A stretch of 64,000 bases of DNA, taken from NCBI GenBank assembly GCA_030295235.1, contig AP026162.1, forward strand, positions 1,922,001-1,986,000, written 5' to 3'. This DNA is from Fistulifera solaris (lineage: Eukaryota). Position 1 is the first letter of the stretch; each line of letters starts with the position of its first letter. Made by a program: the position numbers and the translations under genes. The notes under the pieces are model-generated. The model was not told the origin of the DNA, ran no database searches, and saw only the letters and a list, made by a program, of their open reading frames with translations. Positions 23,050-34,366 of the stretch are shown here, piece by piece.

Positions 23050-23657
23050 TTGAATGAATCTACTTGCTTTGGGTGATATCTCTGTGAAAATGGGAATGAA
23101 TCTTTACGAACTCAAGTCTCTCTACGAAAATGAAAAAACCACTTTCGTTACGAAAGAATAATGATAAGCTACTATAGTAAAATGTAAACAATTTTCGCAA
23201 GAGCTTACGGGGGTAAAATGAACTAGAGTGAGATGAGCAGGCACATTTCGTTTCTAAGGATGAGCGACTGTTCGAACTATGAGATGCGTTTCAGTTCGCA
23301 CCTTTATCTACAATCCTAGAGCTGGCACGGCTATTTAGTTGAATTTAGACTGGTAAACTCGTCCGCGTGTTAAAAGATGAATGTTTTCTGTACGATAACG
23401 GGCGGAAATGTTTGTGTTGCGGGCATGTGTTGAGCAACTCGTACGGTCGTTGGTTGCGCACTAGGAGAATAGATACAATTCATCAAATTGTTTAATAATT
23501 AGAACTTAATAACCAAGACCACAAAAGGCAAAGGACGGACTGATTAGAGAGAATGTGAACGATAAGTCTCCTTGCAATAAATTGGTTGTGAATCCATGGA
23601 AAAAGAACGGTTTGAGAATCAATAGACACGAAGACGCAAACTTCTCTCCAACAGAAC

Positions 23658-23863
23658 TTATTCCCAGATATTGATTATATCGATCCAGCTGGTTTCGGCT
23701 CCGTCATCAGTCCGATCATGATAACGGCGGGTGTGAAGCCCCAATAAAGCAGAGTTTTGGTTTTTTGAAAAACAAAATTGATGTCGAGCACCAATAGAGC
23801 TTTCTTCGTGAGCTGGCTAACGCTCACAATACCAGCAGAATTACGTCTTCGTGGAACGGGCAT
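23658..23863 (-). CDS. TOM7: Mitochondrial import receptor subunit TOM7; frameshift near 23690
   Basis: KTLLYWGFTPAVIMIGLMTEPKP matches the Tom7 (H/W)GFxP...EPKP signature; restored end SWIDIINIWE*. Confidence 0.8.
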
Positions 23864-24387
23864 ATTGATTGCGCTTAAGAAATCAATTTATTTTGAGAGT
23901 GAAGTCTGTGTAAAGGGAAAAGAAATGTGAGCTATTTTGAGCGTATGTAGCTGCAACGATAAGTGTTGTTGTGCGTTGCGCGACGTTCACCTACGTGATC
24001 GATAGATTAAACCGCAAAGTAATCAAATTATAGCAAGGACAGAGACTAGTTGCTGTTCCTATACCAGTACAATGATGATTCTCTTGCGAATAGCTCGGAG
24101 GTTTTTTCGGTTTTGGTGATGCCGCACCCTTGGCAGCGCGGTCGTCGGATGGACGGCTGTTTAGTCCTAACTAACCAAGCCCTAACCAAGCCCTAGCTTG
24201 GAACGGACTAGCCCTAGCACGAATCAGACTAACCATTGATTACCCTGGAAATTACAGTACCATTTACAGATTTGAGATGATGACTCTAAAAAGAGCTACC
24301 CGGAATACTCGACTACATCCCAATGTTTGGCTTTAATGTATCATCAGGCAAGGAATGCACAGCGCAAACTAAAATAGTCTCCACATG

Positions 24388-26009
24388 TCAAGTACATCTG
24401 ACTACATCTCGGCGGATACGACGTAAGTACTGAAGTGCTTCATGAGCTGTTGCTCGTTCGTGTGGATCGATGACCAGAATGCGGCGCAGAAGATCTAAGA
24501 ACCAATCATCGTCAGATTTTATGTGGGACTCCAATGGAAGCGCCTTGCGGACAAAAGAGTAGTGCTCCGAAGTCAGCACTCGACCAAGTCGATGAAGTCC
24601 AGTCGAGTCGAATGCTGACCTCGCTAGTTCAGGATCTTGGCCATCTTTTGATGCGTTAATCATACGACGAGGGAACAAGCCTATTTTCTTCTCAATTAAA
24701 GCTAAATGCTCCACATCGTCGTGTGTGGCGAATAGCAGTTCACCGCTGTACAACTCCGCTAAAATGCAACCCAACGACCACCTTAACAAGAAACGTGTCT
24801 TTCAGCCAAAACATCCCGTCCGCATCTACATTATTTGGTACATTTACTTACATATCAGATGGCATACTCCAGCCCGTTCCAAGTATCACCTTCATTGAAA
24901 TAAAGATAATCAACATGAGTAAATGTGAAGAAAACATCGGATGTACCGTTGAGGTGCTTACCTCTGGAGCTCTGTATTGTCGAGTGTTGATGACAGCAGA
25001 CTTTTTGTCTGAGTCGTAACATGCTCCACCAAAGTCGATGATTTTTATCTTGGTGGAAGCGGGAACTCTCTGGTTTCGATACGTGACTTCCCTATCATTC
25101 ATTAGTAGGACGTTCTCAATTTTTAGATCAGTGTGAATCATCCGAATACCGTGCAAAAATTCGAGAGTTTCTAACAACTGCACGGTAAAATCTTGTACAC
25201 ACAACATGGGAAATGGCTGATAGTTGGTGCGCTTCAAGAAGTCGTATAGTGAAGGGCCTAAGTTTTCAAATACCAGGCAAAAATGACCATCGATACGAAA
25301 TGTATCAAGGAGAAGGACGCAATGGGTTCTTCCTCTTCCTCCTAGACGATTTGCTTCCAGAAATGATACGTGCTTCAATAACTGCGCTTTCATAGTATCT
25401 TTTGACATTTCGTACAATCTTGATAGCAACATGCCGGTCGGGCTCGCGAGAAGACCGGTGTCCTCGATCCTCATTGCGATCTGAAATCTGCAAGCACTCA
25501 ACTACGCGGCCAAACGTTCCCAGCCCGGCTTCTTTGACGATTTTGTAGCGGTGACCGATGATTGCACCCTTCCTTATGTGATAGTGCCCAGTAGAATCGT
25601 CGTGAAAAGAATCCGACCGCACTGAACGCCTTTTTGAATGTTGCGATTGCTTACTACGCCTTCTGTCCTTATCTCTACGAGAATCTTTTTTTCGCTTGGC
25701 GACATCGACGCTATTCAACAAAATGCGAGGCGTTTCGCTAGATGCGCTAGATGAACAGCGGTATGAGAGCTTTTCTTGGCGATTCCCTTGTTCCTCACAA
25801 ATTCCCATCAACATATTGCGTTGTCGTTCTGGTGAAGATGATGGTTGTCGCTGTCTTTTTCGCTTCCCTTGACGATCGAGTTCGGAATCATGCTTTCTTG
25901 CGTCGTCTTCATCCTTATCTAAGTCTTTCGCACTTCTTCTGCGACGCTTACGGCTTCGTTGGCTGCGTTCGTAGCTGCGTTGATTCCGATTTGTTGTTTC
26001 GTTTGTCAT
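24388..26009 (-). CDS. CLK/LAMMER dual-specificity protein kinase; introns 24890-24961 and 24782-24851, frameshift near 25355
   Basis: RS/KR-rich N-terminus, [53 protein letters not shown], and EHLALIEK (LAMMER motif variant). Confidence 0.93.
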
Positions 26010-26898
26010 TTCGATCAGATTGAGAGATTACGACACTGCACACAATCGATACGAGGTGTGGACCACCATGTAGTTTGAATGCGCATCCAGCACACAGGAT
26101 GTGTGGTCTTTGACTCTGCAAGGGTGCGATCTCTGGAGTCAACGAAAAGGCGGTTTGTGAAGTAACACTAATCTGGGGTTTCAATACAGAAAAATGCGTT
26201 TGCTTTTCGATGAGGTTTTCGCTTTGAAGCATGCAATGCAGTTTTGCTCGGATGTTCTTCCTTCCAATCAATCGCGAAAAAAATCTCCACGAGGGTTGAG
26301 CGTGAACCGCGGGCGCGGAAGGAAGAACAGACAGTAGGCTTCTCTTTTCTACTATTTACTATCAGAGTCTTCGGCGAAATGCCTTACTGGTACTTATGTG
26401 GTTTTTAATTACTTAGCAAGAATGGTGCCTTATAGTTCCACAGTGCAATGGCCTGGTTGATTTTACTTAAAAGCTATCTTTCAGCTTTCGAAACTCTTCG
26501 GTACATTTAGTACCTCTAACGTACAGTCTATCCTAGTGAAAACAAGCCATTGACCCCTAACAAACCAACGCAGCTTTTTTGCAGAGGGAACGACGTTAAA
26601 ATTCTGCCTCGCCGTAGGCGCTACGTAGAAATTTGTACTGAGAGGCAGAATTTTAACGTCCTTTCCAGCTGCATGCATGCAGCCTGCGCCGCTGCAACAT
26701 GCAGCTTCGATTGACGATCGAGCGGACTGACAACAAAAGGCAACCGCTTCCGCCTTTTCTTTACTGCTTTTCATTCTCTTCTTTAAACGTTTTTGAAAGC
26801 CGCTGGTTCGAACTACAACGAATCGTTTCTTTGTCAAGGCATAATCTGACTTCAAACGCAAGGTTTGACCTCTAATTCATTTTGAGTGATTACGTATC

Positions 26899-28537
26899 AT
26901 GAGCAGCCCCCCTGAGCAGCCACAGTCTTTTTGCGAATGGTAACAAGAAAGCGGTCCATGTAAAGGTAAGATTCGCGACCGCCGATGATCGAGGATGTTT
27001 GAAAAATGAGAAAGAAGTTAGAATTGATGAGAAAGGAGACATTGGCATAATTCATCGATGACCTCGGTCATGAGACCGGAAGCATCACAACGAGACGAAC
27101 AACGAAAGTCATCTCGCCGTACAAAAGCTACCACTACGCGAAAGGAGCGAGCTGGCACTTTCAACCGACCATGAGTTTTTCTTCTGCCGAAGGCGGGCTT
27201 TGGGAACGGCAAAGACTTCCCGAAGTCTCGAAGACTCTGTACCCGGTACTGAAAGTGAGACCGACGGCGTACGGATTGTACAGTTTTCCGTAGTGTGATT
27301 CGAATGGTTGTCCGTTCGACGGTCTTTCTCACAGTGCGAAAAGCAAAAACCGAATCACTACTATTTGGAAGGGACATTCTAGTTCGCGAGGTCATCCTGC
27401 TCGGCTTGCGTTTTCAGTCTTCAATTATTCGTCTCACAATATCTTTTCCTCTTTCAAAGTGGGCAGGAAAAACGATCGCTTTGGGAACATTTCCGGCAGC
27501 AGAAGCTGATGAAAAATGCGCCAGAGCGAAGGCTCTTACCAGGGCCTGGCGCTCGAGTATGCGGCCCAAGCCTACACGAGATTGGGTCATGAATGAACTC
27601 GAACGTCTCGGAGTTCGAGTCGTCAGTGGAAGGCTTGGCCGTAAAGCAGGAGAAGATGGCGATGAAGAATCTGAAACAGGTGATAAGAAAGTAAATCTAA
27701 CCGCCCCCGCCAGTGTGATTGCACCTGTTGAACGTAGAAATAGCTTGGCCTGGGGCGGCGACGCGGAACTAAGTGCGCTCATTTCGAAAAGAAACTCCCT
27801 CGGTCTATCCGGGATCATGAATGATCGCCGCGGATCTCTTGGTTCACTTGGCCCCGTACTAGGAATGGATGGCGTTGATTTGGGGCACCGGCCGATTGGG
27901 AGCGGAGGTTCGGTGACCGGATTTGATTCGAGCTTCCAGCAAGAACAGCAGCGTCGATCTTCAAGTCTTGGTCTTGGGAGCTTGAGTGGTGGAAACCTAG
28001 GAAATATGGGCATGTCAGTCAATCCAAATCAGTGAGTCTTTCGTGTTTTCCTTTGTATGCTTTCAACGCGAATGTCAACTGACTTAATCTTTACGTGCCA
28101 CAGGCATTACGAGATGCTCAAGCTGCATCACATGAATCTTCTCAATGAAATTCAAGAAACTACATTGATGATGAACTTGTATCAACAGCAACAGTTACAG
28201 CAGCAACAGCAGCAACTTCAGAGTCAAGTGGGCTCTGACATGAGTGGAAATGACGCCCAGATGGCGCTACTACTTCAGCAGCAGCAGAATAACCAGAATT
28301 CGATGGACTCTATGTTTGGCGCGGGGGCTGCACAGAGACTAAATGGTGGCTTGGGTGGCTCGCAAGCACAAATGCAGATGCAGTTGCTCCAACACCAAAT
28401 GCAAAGTAACGCGCTCCCTGCAAGTAATGATAATACAACCGGCAAAAAAACGAAAAGGTGGCGGTGGCAAAAAAGGAGCTAGTGGACCAAAAGCTACTAA
28501 GCAAGCCAAGCAAGAAGCCGACAAAAGTCAAAGTTAG
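26899..28537 (+). CDS. Gln-rich putative transcription factor with an AP2-like segment; multi-exon (long intron 26966-27334, intron 28032-28103)
   Basis: WAGKTIALGTFPAAEADEKCARA resembles the AP2 GKRIWLGTF..AEEAA motif. Also RRxSL repeats, QHYEMLKLHHMNLL and poly-Q. The 5' exon structure is uncertain. Confidence 0.55.
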
Positions 28538-29159
28538 AAGGTTTAGAATGGCTGATTACTGATTACCCATTGATTGCATGTCGCCGCCCAAGAACAGATC
28601 AAGCATTGCCGTTTGTGCAATGTTAAAACAATGCATTTTATCACCCCTTAACTAGTGTTCGTTTTATGAAGATCATGCCTTCCTACATGCTAATATAGCG
28701 ATTCATATTAGTGATTGCACTTTACCTCGATATTGAATTTTGTGACATCGACAGTGATCCACTTATGAGGTGGCTGTTCGATTCAGTTCTATGAATACAT
28801 CTCTTTTTATCAGTTACAAGTACAGTATCTTAGTGATGTGCGACGGAACCTCGATCTTGCTGGGCGTAAAATATTAGCGAAGATGAGGCGTGGTCCCGTC
28901 TGTCGGGTGCCCGAGGATCGGGGGCATTTTTGACAAAAACTGGAGGATCATCGTTTTGCGTTTTGTGTTCGACGATGATGTTTAGTTATAAAAAAAAAAG
29001 CACAACGTGGGCAGGAAAAATACACACCATTGCCGGTAGTGCTTCGTGATCGAAAAAAGCTTTACAGAATTGTAAAGATAAGGAGCCGTGCTGGGCTCAC
29101 CTATAGTAAAGCCTGGGTGGAGCAGATTTTTCTTGCATCGGCATCACACCAACAACAAG

Positions 29160-30602
29160 ATGCCTAAATTACCACGGGGCTTAATAGCTAATATGATGCT
29201 TTTATTTCACGTGGACGTGATATCGTTTCATATCCAGCCGTCTGCGATCACTCGCTCGCTCTCTTTGGGTCGGAAGCTGAGAGCATTCCGAAAAAGGCCC
29301 TTACAGTCGCAAGCAGAAAACTCGCCTCCTCCTTCTCCAGATCTGCTGATTCACTGGAAAGGTGAAGGTATTGAAGGATACAGTATGCAGTTTCGACATA
29401 TTGAGTTCGAGGGAGCGCTTGCAGCGGTGATGGGGGCGTCTTTTGACCGTACATGCCTGCGTTTTTCGGATGCACTCAGTTACAATGGATCTGTCGAAAT
29501 GCCCGAATCGAAGTTACTGCGATTCAATCAAGCCATGCAATATGTAACAACTGGAGGGCAAGTAGATCAAGAAAGTATAGTTGCGGCGGTGAAGCGTAGT
29601 TCGCTGGTCCATGCGGTTTATGAAATTATCTCGGAGGCAGATACTTACGAGGGTTTGGCAGAGCATGCTGTTCTGAATGATGCTTTTGCCGATATGCGCC
29701 CTGGTGAAGCAAATGAAAACTCGACTTGGTGTGTTCGCGTTCGTCACTATGGACAAAGATCGGATGGTGAGAAGGAGAAAAGATACGGCTATCGAGCTAG
29801 ATCGTTGACAAAAGAGAAAGAAGCTCTTCGTGCTTTGACGCCTCTTCTGAAGCAATTTGGTGGTCGAGTTGATCTGGATGATCCTGATTGTAAAATTTAC
29901 GTTTTCGATGGTCTTACTAGAGGAAAAGCTCTTCTCGCGAGGAGAATGGCCACCGGTCCTTCCGTATCTGTGATTGCTCCAAACACTCGAATCTGTGTCA
30001 CCAATACACCGCTGTGTCCCATCGCTGCCTTCAATATGTGCAACGTCGCTGGTATTCGCCACGATTCTTCGATTCTGGATCCATTCGCGGGAAGCTGCGC
30101 CACTCTTTTAGCGGCTGCTATGATTGAGCCTTCTTGTCAAACAGTGGGCATTGAAATCGCACACGATGGTCTGGTAAATAGAAATGACATTCGCAAAGAC
30201 TTTACCTCACGAGATTTGACCGAGCCCGTTTCACTGATACATGGGGATTGCACAGACGCTGGAACGAGGCGTGCGGCACGTGAAGCAATCGGCAATAAAC
30301 CCTTTGATCTGATCATCACCGATCCGCCATATGGTATTCGGGAATCAAAGCTTGCAGTGACTCCAATCAATGAGCTACTGAGAGGAATGGCACATGACCG
30401 AGAAGCCGGGTCTCCGTTATTAGCACAAGGGGGTAAACTGGTGTGCTTTCTTCCTTGTCAGGAGGGGGAAGACTTTGATTCGGATGTATTGCCCTCGAAG
30501 GATTTGCTTGGTCAAGCAGGCTTATATGTGGAGCTGGTGAAAGAACAGCCACTTAACGAGAAGCTTAGTCGCTGGCTTGTATCGTTTAATTCAATTTGCT
30601 AA
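29160..30602 (+). CDS. TRM11/UPF0020-like RNA (guanine-N2) methyltransferase with an N-terminal targeting extension
   Basis: ILDPFAGSCATLLAAA, FDLIITDPPYGIRE; THUMP-like GRVDLDDPD. Confidence 0.8.
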   Translation: MPKLPRGLIANMMLLFHVDVISFHIQPSAITRSLSLGRKLRAFRKRPLQSQAENSPPPSPDLLIHWKGEGIEGYSMQFRHIEFEGALAAVMGASFDRTCLRFSDALSYNGSVEMPESKLLRFNQAMQYVTTGGQVDQESIVAAVKRSSLVHAVYEIISEADTYEGLAEHAVLNDAFADMRPGEANENSTWCVRVRHYGQRSDGEKEKRYGYRARSLTKEKEALRALTPLLKQFGGRVDLDDPDCKIYVFDGLTRGKALLARRMATGPSVSVIAPNTRICVTNTPLCPIAAFNMCNVAGIRHDSSILDPFAGSCATLLAAAMIEPSCQTVGIEIAHDGLVNRNDIRKDFTSRDLTEPVSLIHGDCTDAGTRRAAREAIGNKPFDLIITDPPYGIRESKLAVTPINELLRGMAHDREAGSPLLAQGGKLVCFLPCQEGEDFDSDVLPSKDLLGQAGLYVELVKEQPLNEKLSRWLVSFNSIC

Positions 30603-31069
30603 ATAAATGCCTTTATAAATAGGAAACGTATGAAAAAATATCTAGCGCTTGGTGAAACTTTCTGTCGTCCCTTTCATCTAGATTCATCTCGTGCTTTGAA
30701 TTGCATCGTTTACTATGATTGCTGTACTGTTTTCGCTCCAATGGCTTGTTTAGATACTGGTAGTTGCGAGATCACATCATCATCATCTCAAGTCATACGA
30801 GGACCACAGGAATCGTTATCCCTAGCTCAGAAATATCCCTGTCCTTCGTGAAGATAGAAGATACACCTCCGGGTTCGATTTACCTTTTTGCGTTCGTCAG
30901 TGGTTAGCAAAGTCGTCTGTGCTTCATCTTGCTCAGTGTGGTGTAGATTGTAGCCTGCGACAAAAGTGACGGAGGCAAGGCACAAGACGCAAAAATCTCC
31001 AACCGCCATTTACCACACAGCGCCATTTTGCTTCTTTTGCCGCTCTTTCCTAACTTCTAAGTAATCAAC

Positions 31070-31790
31070 ATGATGAAGTTGTTCGTTCTCGCAGTTGTAG
31101 CCAGTCTCGCCTCGGCGTACGCTCCGGCCCGATCTTTCGTCACGCGCCCGTCGACTCGACTACACGAAAGTTTCGGATTTGATTTCGCCGAGGACACCTA
31201 CAAGAACCAGCCAATTCAGCTCGGTGGAGAAGCGAATTACAAGCAATGGGTCAACAAAATTTCGGACAACTCGATGCTTAATAGAAAGGTTAGTAGGAGT
31301 GGATTGTGATTTTTGTCAATTGCAAATGGGCTCATCTCTAACGAAATCATTCATTCAGTACAATGTCATTCGTCGTGTACGAGAATTGGATTTGTTAAAG
31401 GCCACGGCCGACAATGGCCTTCTTTCCAAGCTCGAAGAACAGGGTCTTGATCTTGTCACGATCGAAAAGCTTCTTCCGTTGATTGAGGAACTCGGACTAC
31501 TGGAACTCGCCGGCAGCAACCAACAGTTGCTCGTCAACCTCGCCGCCCCCCTTTTGGTTGAACCGGCTCCATTTTTGATCCCCCTTCTCGCTGGTGCCAT
31601 CGCTGCTGGTCCCGTTGCTTTTTACGGTGCCTCTGTTGCTGTTCTAGGTCTTGATGCTTATCTTCTTTCCACCAACGCCGAGCTTCCGTTTGTCGGTCTT
31701 TCTGCCGGTGTTACGTTGGGTCTTGTCCTTGTTCCGTTGGGAGCAGTCTTGGCTGTTGTTGGTTCGGCTTTGGCTAGTTTGAAGAAATAA
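31070..31790 (+). CDS. Plastid-targeted DUF1118-like membrane protein; intron 31289-31358
   Basis: Signal peptide with ASAYAP. VRELDLLKATADNGLLSKLEEQGLDLVTIEKLLPLIEELGLL repeats, followed by C-terminal TMs. Confidence 0.75.
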
Positions 31791-32219
31791 AGCACTACAA
31801 TGCTGATGCGCAACTATGTTTAACTAAACTAATTAATTTATCTAGCAGAAGTGGCAAATGGATCCGGATCAATACCCACATTTTTTTGCTCGTTGCGTGT
31901 ACTATTCACGTGATCCTTCGAGTGCCGGCTTGTATTTTACATGCCCTTAACAGTGGCCATGGACAGTAAAAATATTTCCAACGGACAAAAAATGTGGGTA
32001 TTGATCCGGATGGTTTCCCATGTTCGGCCACCAATAAGAAACAGGATACCCAAGTTGAAGTAGGGCGGCGAACATTCTTACGGTTCCGTTGTTGTCCGTT
32101 GGCTTTCATTTCTCCTAAAAATTCAGTACCGGTACGATAATTACAAATTGTGTGCTTTTTTTAGCGCAGAAAAAGATCTCACTCCATCAAAACTGCATTA
32201 AAAGCATTAAACTTCCGCA

Positions 32220-33923
32220 ATGAATCATTCGATACAGATCGCTTTGTCTCTTCTTATTCTCGCCACTCTATGCAGAGCCCAGCAAGTGGCTATCATAGGC
32301 GGAGGCATATCGGGCTCCTTCACGGCCCGGTACTTGGCGGAATACGACAAGGAATGCAAAATCAAAAATATTACGATCTTTGAAGCAGGGATCGTCGATC
32401 GACCCATTTCTTCTGCCGAATCGATCGACGCTGAGTTTCAAGGTAGTCGAGTGTCATGTCTGCAGTTGAAAGATGGAAGGACGATTGAATTGGGGGCTTC
32501 GATTGGCTATAAAGGTTTCCATCTGGTGTTGGAAATGATACATGGTGATGAAGAGATAGAAATAGGAGAGCCTTTTACGACAGGCAAAGCCGATGAGTCG
32601 CTGCCAGATGGCCTTGGCATATACAATGGACAGGGTCTTTGGTCACTGATTACATCCTCGGTACCGAAAGTTCTGCGAAAGTTTCAGATAGCCGGAAGAT
32701 ACGGAATGGACTTGATTCGCGTGTCGAGGGCAAGTCAAGCGGCGCAAGAAAAATTCGCTCAATTGCCGGCCCTGCTGAAAAGCAACCATCCAGATACTTT
32801 CTATCAGTCTCCAGAAGAAATTTGGCAAGCTCTAGGTTTAGAAAAAGTGGCGCTTGCCAGTTTTGATCAGCTTTTGGATGCTTTGGGTGTCGGCAAAGAT
32901 GTTTCGTGGCTTAGGAGCTATCTCCCTTATCAAGGAGTACTACGATCAGAATTACTTGAAGCCATGAACTTAGTCAACTACAATCAAGGAAATGATCAAG
33001 TTAACGGTTTAGTGGGGCTTGCAAGCTTCGCTGTAACCGCGGGTGGAGTATTCTCAATTCAGGGCGGAAATTATAAAATTCTACAATCAGCCATTCGGAA
33101 AGCGAAAGAAGATCGACTACGACATTGCGGTGTCAACCACAGATTCAACGTGGTGAACGCTCGTGTAACAACCGTGGTGAAAGAAACGGAAAGCTTTCTG
33201 CTTTTCGCCGGTGAAGAGATGTTAGGGCGATTTGATGATATCGTTCTGGCGACTCCGTTGCAGCTATCAAAGATTAACTTTTTGGTGCAGAGTGATATGG
33301 ATAGTGCAGTGTTGCGTCCCATGCCGCTAGCGGGACTTGTGAAAGTCAATGATACGCCTCCTGAAGAAGGTCATATGGTTCTTCCTGGCGCATTGCCAGA
33401 GCAGGCGACACGACGCTATACGCCAGTTGTAACAACAGTTGTAAGCAATGCAACATTGAACGCTCAATATCTTGCACTCGACCCCGCGTCGCTTCCTCGC
33501 TCCATTATGACTACCAAGCAGGGCAAATTGTCTTTGCATAACATCACGGCTATCACACTCATTGCAAGTGACGGAATTTATAAATTGTTTTCGGCTGAGA
33601 GACTGGAAAGCAGCGTGCTCGAGACATTGTTTGGTCCCCACTATGTGCTAGAATTCGAAAAAGTATGGGGCGGTCCCCATGGTGGAGCAACACCGGATTA
33701 TCAGGGACGGGGTTTTTCGTCGAACTTTCTTTTGTACGATAGCGCGGTGGCCTATGACGAAGCTTCTGGACCAGGGGCAATCTACTATCCTTCTATAATG
33801 GAGCAAATGTCGTTAGCGTGCATGGAAATTTCGGCCATTGGTGCCCGGGCTGTCGCAAAGCTTCTTGCTCGTCGACTTGGTCTCATTGCCCCTATGGTCG
33901 AAGAAATCAGGGATGAACTATGA
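32220..33923 (+). CDS. Prenylcysteine oxidase/lyase-like FAD oxidoreductase; signal peptide and C-terminal RDEL
   Basis: VAIIGGGISG, IELGASI, VNYNQ, FSIQGGNYKI, MEISAIGARAVAKL; ends IRDEL. Confidence 0.85.
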   Translation: MNHSIQIALSLLILATLCRAQQVAIIGGGISGSFTARYLAEYDKECKIKNITIFEAGIVDRPISSAESIDAEFQGSRVSCLQLKDGRTIELGASIGYKGFHLVLEMIHGDEEIEIGEPFTTGKADESLPDGLGIYNGQGLWSLITSSVPKVLRKFQIAGRYGMDLIRVSRASQAAQEKFAQLPALLKSNHPDTFYQSPEEIWQALGLEKVALASFDQLLDALGVGKDVSWLRSYLPYQGVLRSELLEAMNLVNYNQGNDQVNGLVGLASFAVTAGGVFSIQGGNYKILQSAIRKAKEDRLRHCGVNHRFNVVNARVTTVVKETESFLLFAGEEMLGRFDDIVLATPLQLSKINFLVQSDMDSAVLRPMPLAGLVKVNDTPPEEGHMVLPGALPEQATRRYTPVVTTVVSNATLNAQYLALDPASLPRSIMTTKQGKLSLHNITAITLIASDGIYKLFSAERLESSVLETLFGPHYVLEFEKVWGGPHGGATPDYQGRGFSSNFLLYDSAVAYDEASGPGAIYYPSIMEQMSLACMEISAIGARAVAKLLARRLGLIAPMVEEIRDEL

Positions 33924-34366
33924 ATACATACATACTCGGCTAGCGTTCTTCACGACCAGTCTTCTCGGAGTGAAACTAGGCGGGCAACTCTTGGATACCC
34001 AGCTGATGTAGCTTCATTGGTCGTTACAATTATGCTTCTTCGATTGCCGATGCATTCTTCGAACTCTAACCGAATCGCAGACGGCAACCCGACACACTTT
34101 CCATCATTCTACAACATTTTATTACCGAGTAACAAGTTTTCATTTTTTATTGTCAGTCGGGAATGCAAGGTGCAAACGTTTGCCTTGGTTGTTCTCTCGC
34201 TCGTAATTGCGAAAAATAACAAAAAAGAGGGAAATTAAACGGTAAATCTATTTATACGGAACAGATATAACAGATAATACGTAGAACGTTGAGTGCAGTT
34301 TCATCCGCAAAACTTCTTGTCACTGCAACACTTCTCAACCAAGTTGAAACTGTGTAAGGCGACGAC

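Noticed and set aside
26966..27334. TPP riboswitch or C/D snoRNA in the long intron
   Set aside because: No TPP core motifs were found, and the C-like (27024) and CTGA (27249) boxes are too far apart with no evident guide.
28765..28790. tRNA-like T arm (CTG-TTCGATT-CAG)
   Set aside because: No acceptor, D or anticodon arms could be folded around it.
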